This document shows positions 61,195 to 64,000 of a stretch of DNA of 64,000 nt, piece after piece. Within the stretch, counting starts at the first letter, position 1. Each line of letters opens with the position of its first letter. Where the stretch lies: contig OX638150.1 of the NCBI GenBank assembly GCA_951804945.1, positions 29,140,001 through 29,204,000 on the forward strand, in the 5' to 3' direction. The position numbers and the translations under genes are program-made. The notes beneath the pieces were generated by a model. That model had not been told where the DNA came from, did no database searches, and was given only the letters and a program-made list of their open reading frames with translations. Source of the stretch: Podarcis cretensis. Taxonomy: Eukaryota.

Positions 61195-62574
61195 CTATGG
61201 TACAGATTAACAGAAGGACGAGTTAAAAGTTATTTCTCTCTCTTACACTGGGGGGGGGGGGAACCCCCACTTAAAACTGCTACAATCACAGCACTGGGCA
61301 GCCTACCTCCCTCAGTCAAATTTGCCCAGGTTCAAGGCTCTTGTACATTTTGTATGACTCTCAAATTCCAAACCATGTTTTCCGAACCAAGTAATTTTGG
61401 ACACTTTCTTGTGGCATGTTCTGTATTTTTGATAGGTGAGTGGTTTTTGACTCGGGGGTGGCAAGATACAGATCACCTCCTCCCCGGTCATGAGTACAAC
61501 ACCAAATGAAAAAGGAGCAGCAATAGCTGCCCCTCCCCAGCTGATCAGCATCCAACACGCACCACTGACATGTGGCCCCTGAAGGGTTGTCAAATGGTAA
61601 ATGTGGCCCTTCAACCAATAAATGTTATCCATCCCTGCTGTAGAGGCTCACCAGCCAAACTGCCCCTTTTGCCAGTATCACCTCTCACAGTGTGGTCATC
61701 CATTTGGGCTGAATTATTAACTCAAGTTCATGTCGGCGAACTCTCCTTTGACCTTAAAGGCTTCAAGGCCCAGTTCTGCTTATCAGGCCAGCAATTTACT
61801 TGGGCAATTGCCATTTGAAGCAGGCCACCTGAATCCTGCGCTTAGAGATTCAGTTCTTCCCAGACCCCTGGAAAGAATGGTAATTGCTGGGAGAAATACT
61901 GGAGAACGCTGTAGCTCCAGATTTAGGACCTTTTAAGACTCAAGATCCTGGTTATGTGAGAGCTCACAAACACTCTGGGATTGTGGAGGAGCTTACCTAC
62001 CTACACAACCGTTGCCAAGCAACAAGCTCTCCTCTACTCCTTAGCAAACACATTGTGCAAAAAAGCGAGCCCTGCTGTAGCAGTCTAACCCAGCAACAGC
62101 TTTTGTTCCATGTTATGCCACAGACACTCTAGGAGTGAAAAGGCCTGCAATTTCTGCCATTCCTTTTAACTTCCCTTTGGCATGCTTAACATCGGTTAAG
62201 ACTTCTTCCTTCCCCAGTGTGGGAGCTTCAAAGCAGAGGGCAGAGCTGTTCATTATGCGCTCCGCACGTTGGCACACCAAACTCCAACCACAGTGCAACA
62301 CACAAGATAAAAAGTGTAAAGGATATTTTCCAAAATGGTCATAGGCATCATTTACTGCCAGGAGTGGCAAACTTGCATGCCTCATCCAGCCCCCTGGCCC
62401 AGTTTGGTTTCCTCGGGGGGTTTTAAAAAAACAGATAATCAGATCAGAGCACCAGGCAATTTTCATTGTCATCATGGTGCTAGGCTTCAACTTCTCTGCC
62501 CAGTTTAACGCCATTAAGATGCAGGCCTCCTCCTGCTCATCAGAAGACGGATCTGATTATCTGTTTCCCTATTA

Positions 62575-62772
62575 CAGTCATACCTCGTTTTGCGGCCGGG
62601 ATCCATTCCGGAGCCCCGGCCGCTAGCCAAAAAGGGCGCAGGGCAGGTTTGTGCTTCTGCACATGTGCGAGCGGCAAACCCGGAAGTAACCCGTTCCGGT
62701 TCTTCCGGGTTTGCTGCCGACGTTCGCCGGAATGGACGCTAGTCAAGGCAGACGTTCACGGAGGTATTACTG
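62575..62772. mobile_element. Tc1/mariner/pogo-type MITE, family C
   Basis: TA|CAGTCATACCTCG ... CGGAGGTATTACTG|TA. CpG-rich with an internal GCAAACCCGGAAG / CTTCCGGGTTTGC inverted repeat. Confidence 0.8.
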
Positions 62773-63355
62773 TAGTTATTATTCCTAATGCCCCTTCGCC
62801 ACTAGAGGGCTGCAGCACAGAGGGGGCAATAGGGAATAAACCTCCCATTCTCTGCTCCGGCACTATAGTATACCAGAGAAGGGGTGACACTCCACTCCAT
62901 GCATGGGGAATGGACCACTTTTGGCCACACCCACTGCTGTCCTATGGCTCTCAAGCGAGTTGGGACCAAAAAACGCTTACCCATCCCGATTTACTGGAAA
63001 GTCAAGATGTGTTTCGAAGAAGGAGAGTGTGAAGAAGAGCCCCATGCACAAAATACACTGTTTTTCCCAATAAATACTGGCTTGCAGTTTTGGAATGTTT
63101 TGTGCTTGGCCTTCTGGCCCTACCTTCTTATACAGATGTAAGATACTGGACCAACAACACAGACGCCATCATCCCAGCTTTGATCTGGGCTATGCTATGC
63201 GTGTGAATGTTCAGAAGCCGAGACACCTGAGTGCAAGAGAGGCAAGGTAGAAGTACTGCCTCCAGGTACTCGGAAAAAGAAGATGCCCCATGAACACTTT
63301 TAAGAGGGACCCCCCCACACACACATTCTCAAGACTCAGAAGCAACCACACTCAC

Positions 63356-63557
63356 AATTTTGTCTTCTCGCTCTCTCCGTAGTGCCACCCGTCTCTGGCC
63401 TCAGGCACTAGCAACGTAATGAGGTCCCCTTCCTTGAAGCTCAGCAGGGTGGTGTTATCCCCGGCAGCATGAGAGAAGATGGCTCGTACTCTTGTCCGGC
63501 CGTTCTTTTCCAGCCCTGCTGCCATGGAGCTGGAACGGGGCAGAGTCTTGTTTTCAG
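63356..63557 (-). CDS. BAIAP2: BAIAP2 (IRSp53) SH3 domain exon; upstream exons lie beyond the window
   Basis: Minus strand ccacgccag|CT GAA AAC AAG...ACA AAA TT|gtgag. ENKTLPRSSSMAAGLEKNGRTRVRAIFSHAAGDNTTLLSFKEGDLITLLVPEARDGWHYGESEKTK. Confidence 0.97.
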
Positions 63558-64000
63558 CTGGCGTGGGAAAAGAAAAGGATTAATGAAGCTGGTTCGCAGG
63601 ACTGGAACTCTCATCCTGGAATATCAGAACTGGCTCTCGCCAGTTTCATAAGCTGGTCTACACTGAGCAGTGGCTGGTGTGGCAAGGGGCATTTACTTGA
63701 CCACCCATCACCAGCTTTGCTGTGGCTTACAAGAGGGGGAAGGGTGAGGCAGTGGGGCGGTCGGTGTGCTGCAAGGGCACTGGGGTGAGCACTGGATTGG
63801 CTTCACCAACGCATTTGCACCCTGCTGACCTTGCTATTGCCTCTCCCCTCCCACTTCTGTCCTGGTAAGCCACAGAGGCTTTGGTGACTGGAGGTCAGGT
63901 AAGCGCCACCCCTCCTAGTGGACCCTCAATGTGAAGAAAACTCAAGGCTCGACAATGTCGCCCATTCTTTTTACTTTAAAATGCCAGGTGCCATCTCAAC

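Noticed and set aside
63558-64000. Next upstream BAIAP2 exon (…SNTLPVRKSV… region)
   Set aside because: No matching reading frame on the minus strand. A donor-like GTAAGC near 63725 has no coding sequence before it.

Overview
Vertebrate genomic DNA, squamate reptile, most likely a lacertid lizard (inferred from Sauria-type SINEs and lizard-type MITEs). The + strand carries AATK/LMTK1 (apoptosis-associated tyrosine kinase). Thirteen coding exons (equivalent to human exons 2-14) run from 8874 to the stop at 32267, all with GT-AG boundaries and consistent phase (4445 coding nt). Exon 1 is not visible in the window. The intron after the HS-ending kinase exon holds an intact miR-338 hairpin (miR-3065 antisense). 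The - strand carries the 3' end of BAIAP2/IRSp53, tail-to-tail with AATK: SH3 exons, the PPPDY exon and three alternative terminal exons (S: ...LVSTV; T: ...VEVARF; M: WH2-like ...NDRSAPLIS). The rest is intron/UTR with SINEs, Tc1/mariner- and hAT-type MITEs, CR1 fragments and microsatellites. I found no wholly new gene system. The best unexplained signals are: a candidate internal promoter plus in-frame alternative first exon of AATK (11.2-11.4 kb), a ~230-nt G-U-rich intronic hairpin (13.5 kb), back-to-back poly(A) signals where the two genes may meet (40.6 kb), and a candidate 16-nt BAIAP2 microexon plus an extra terminal acceptor. Family names and orthologue comparisons are from memory, not database searches.
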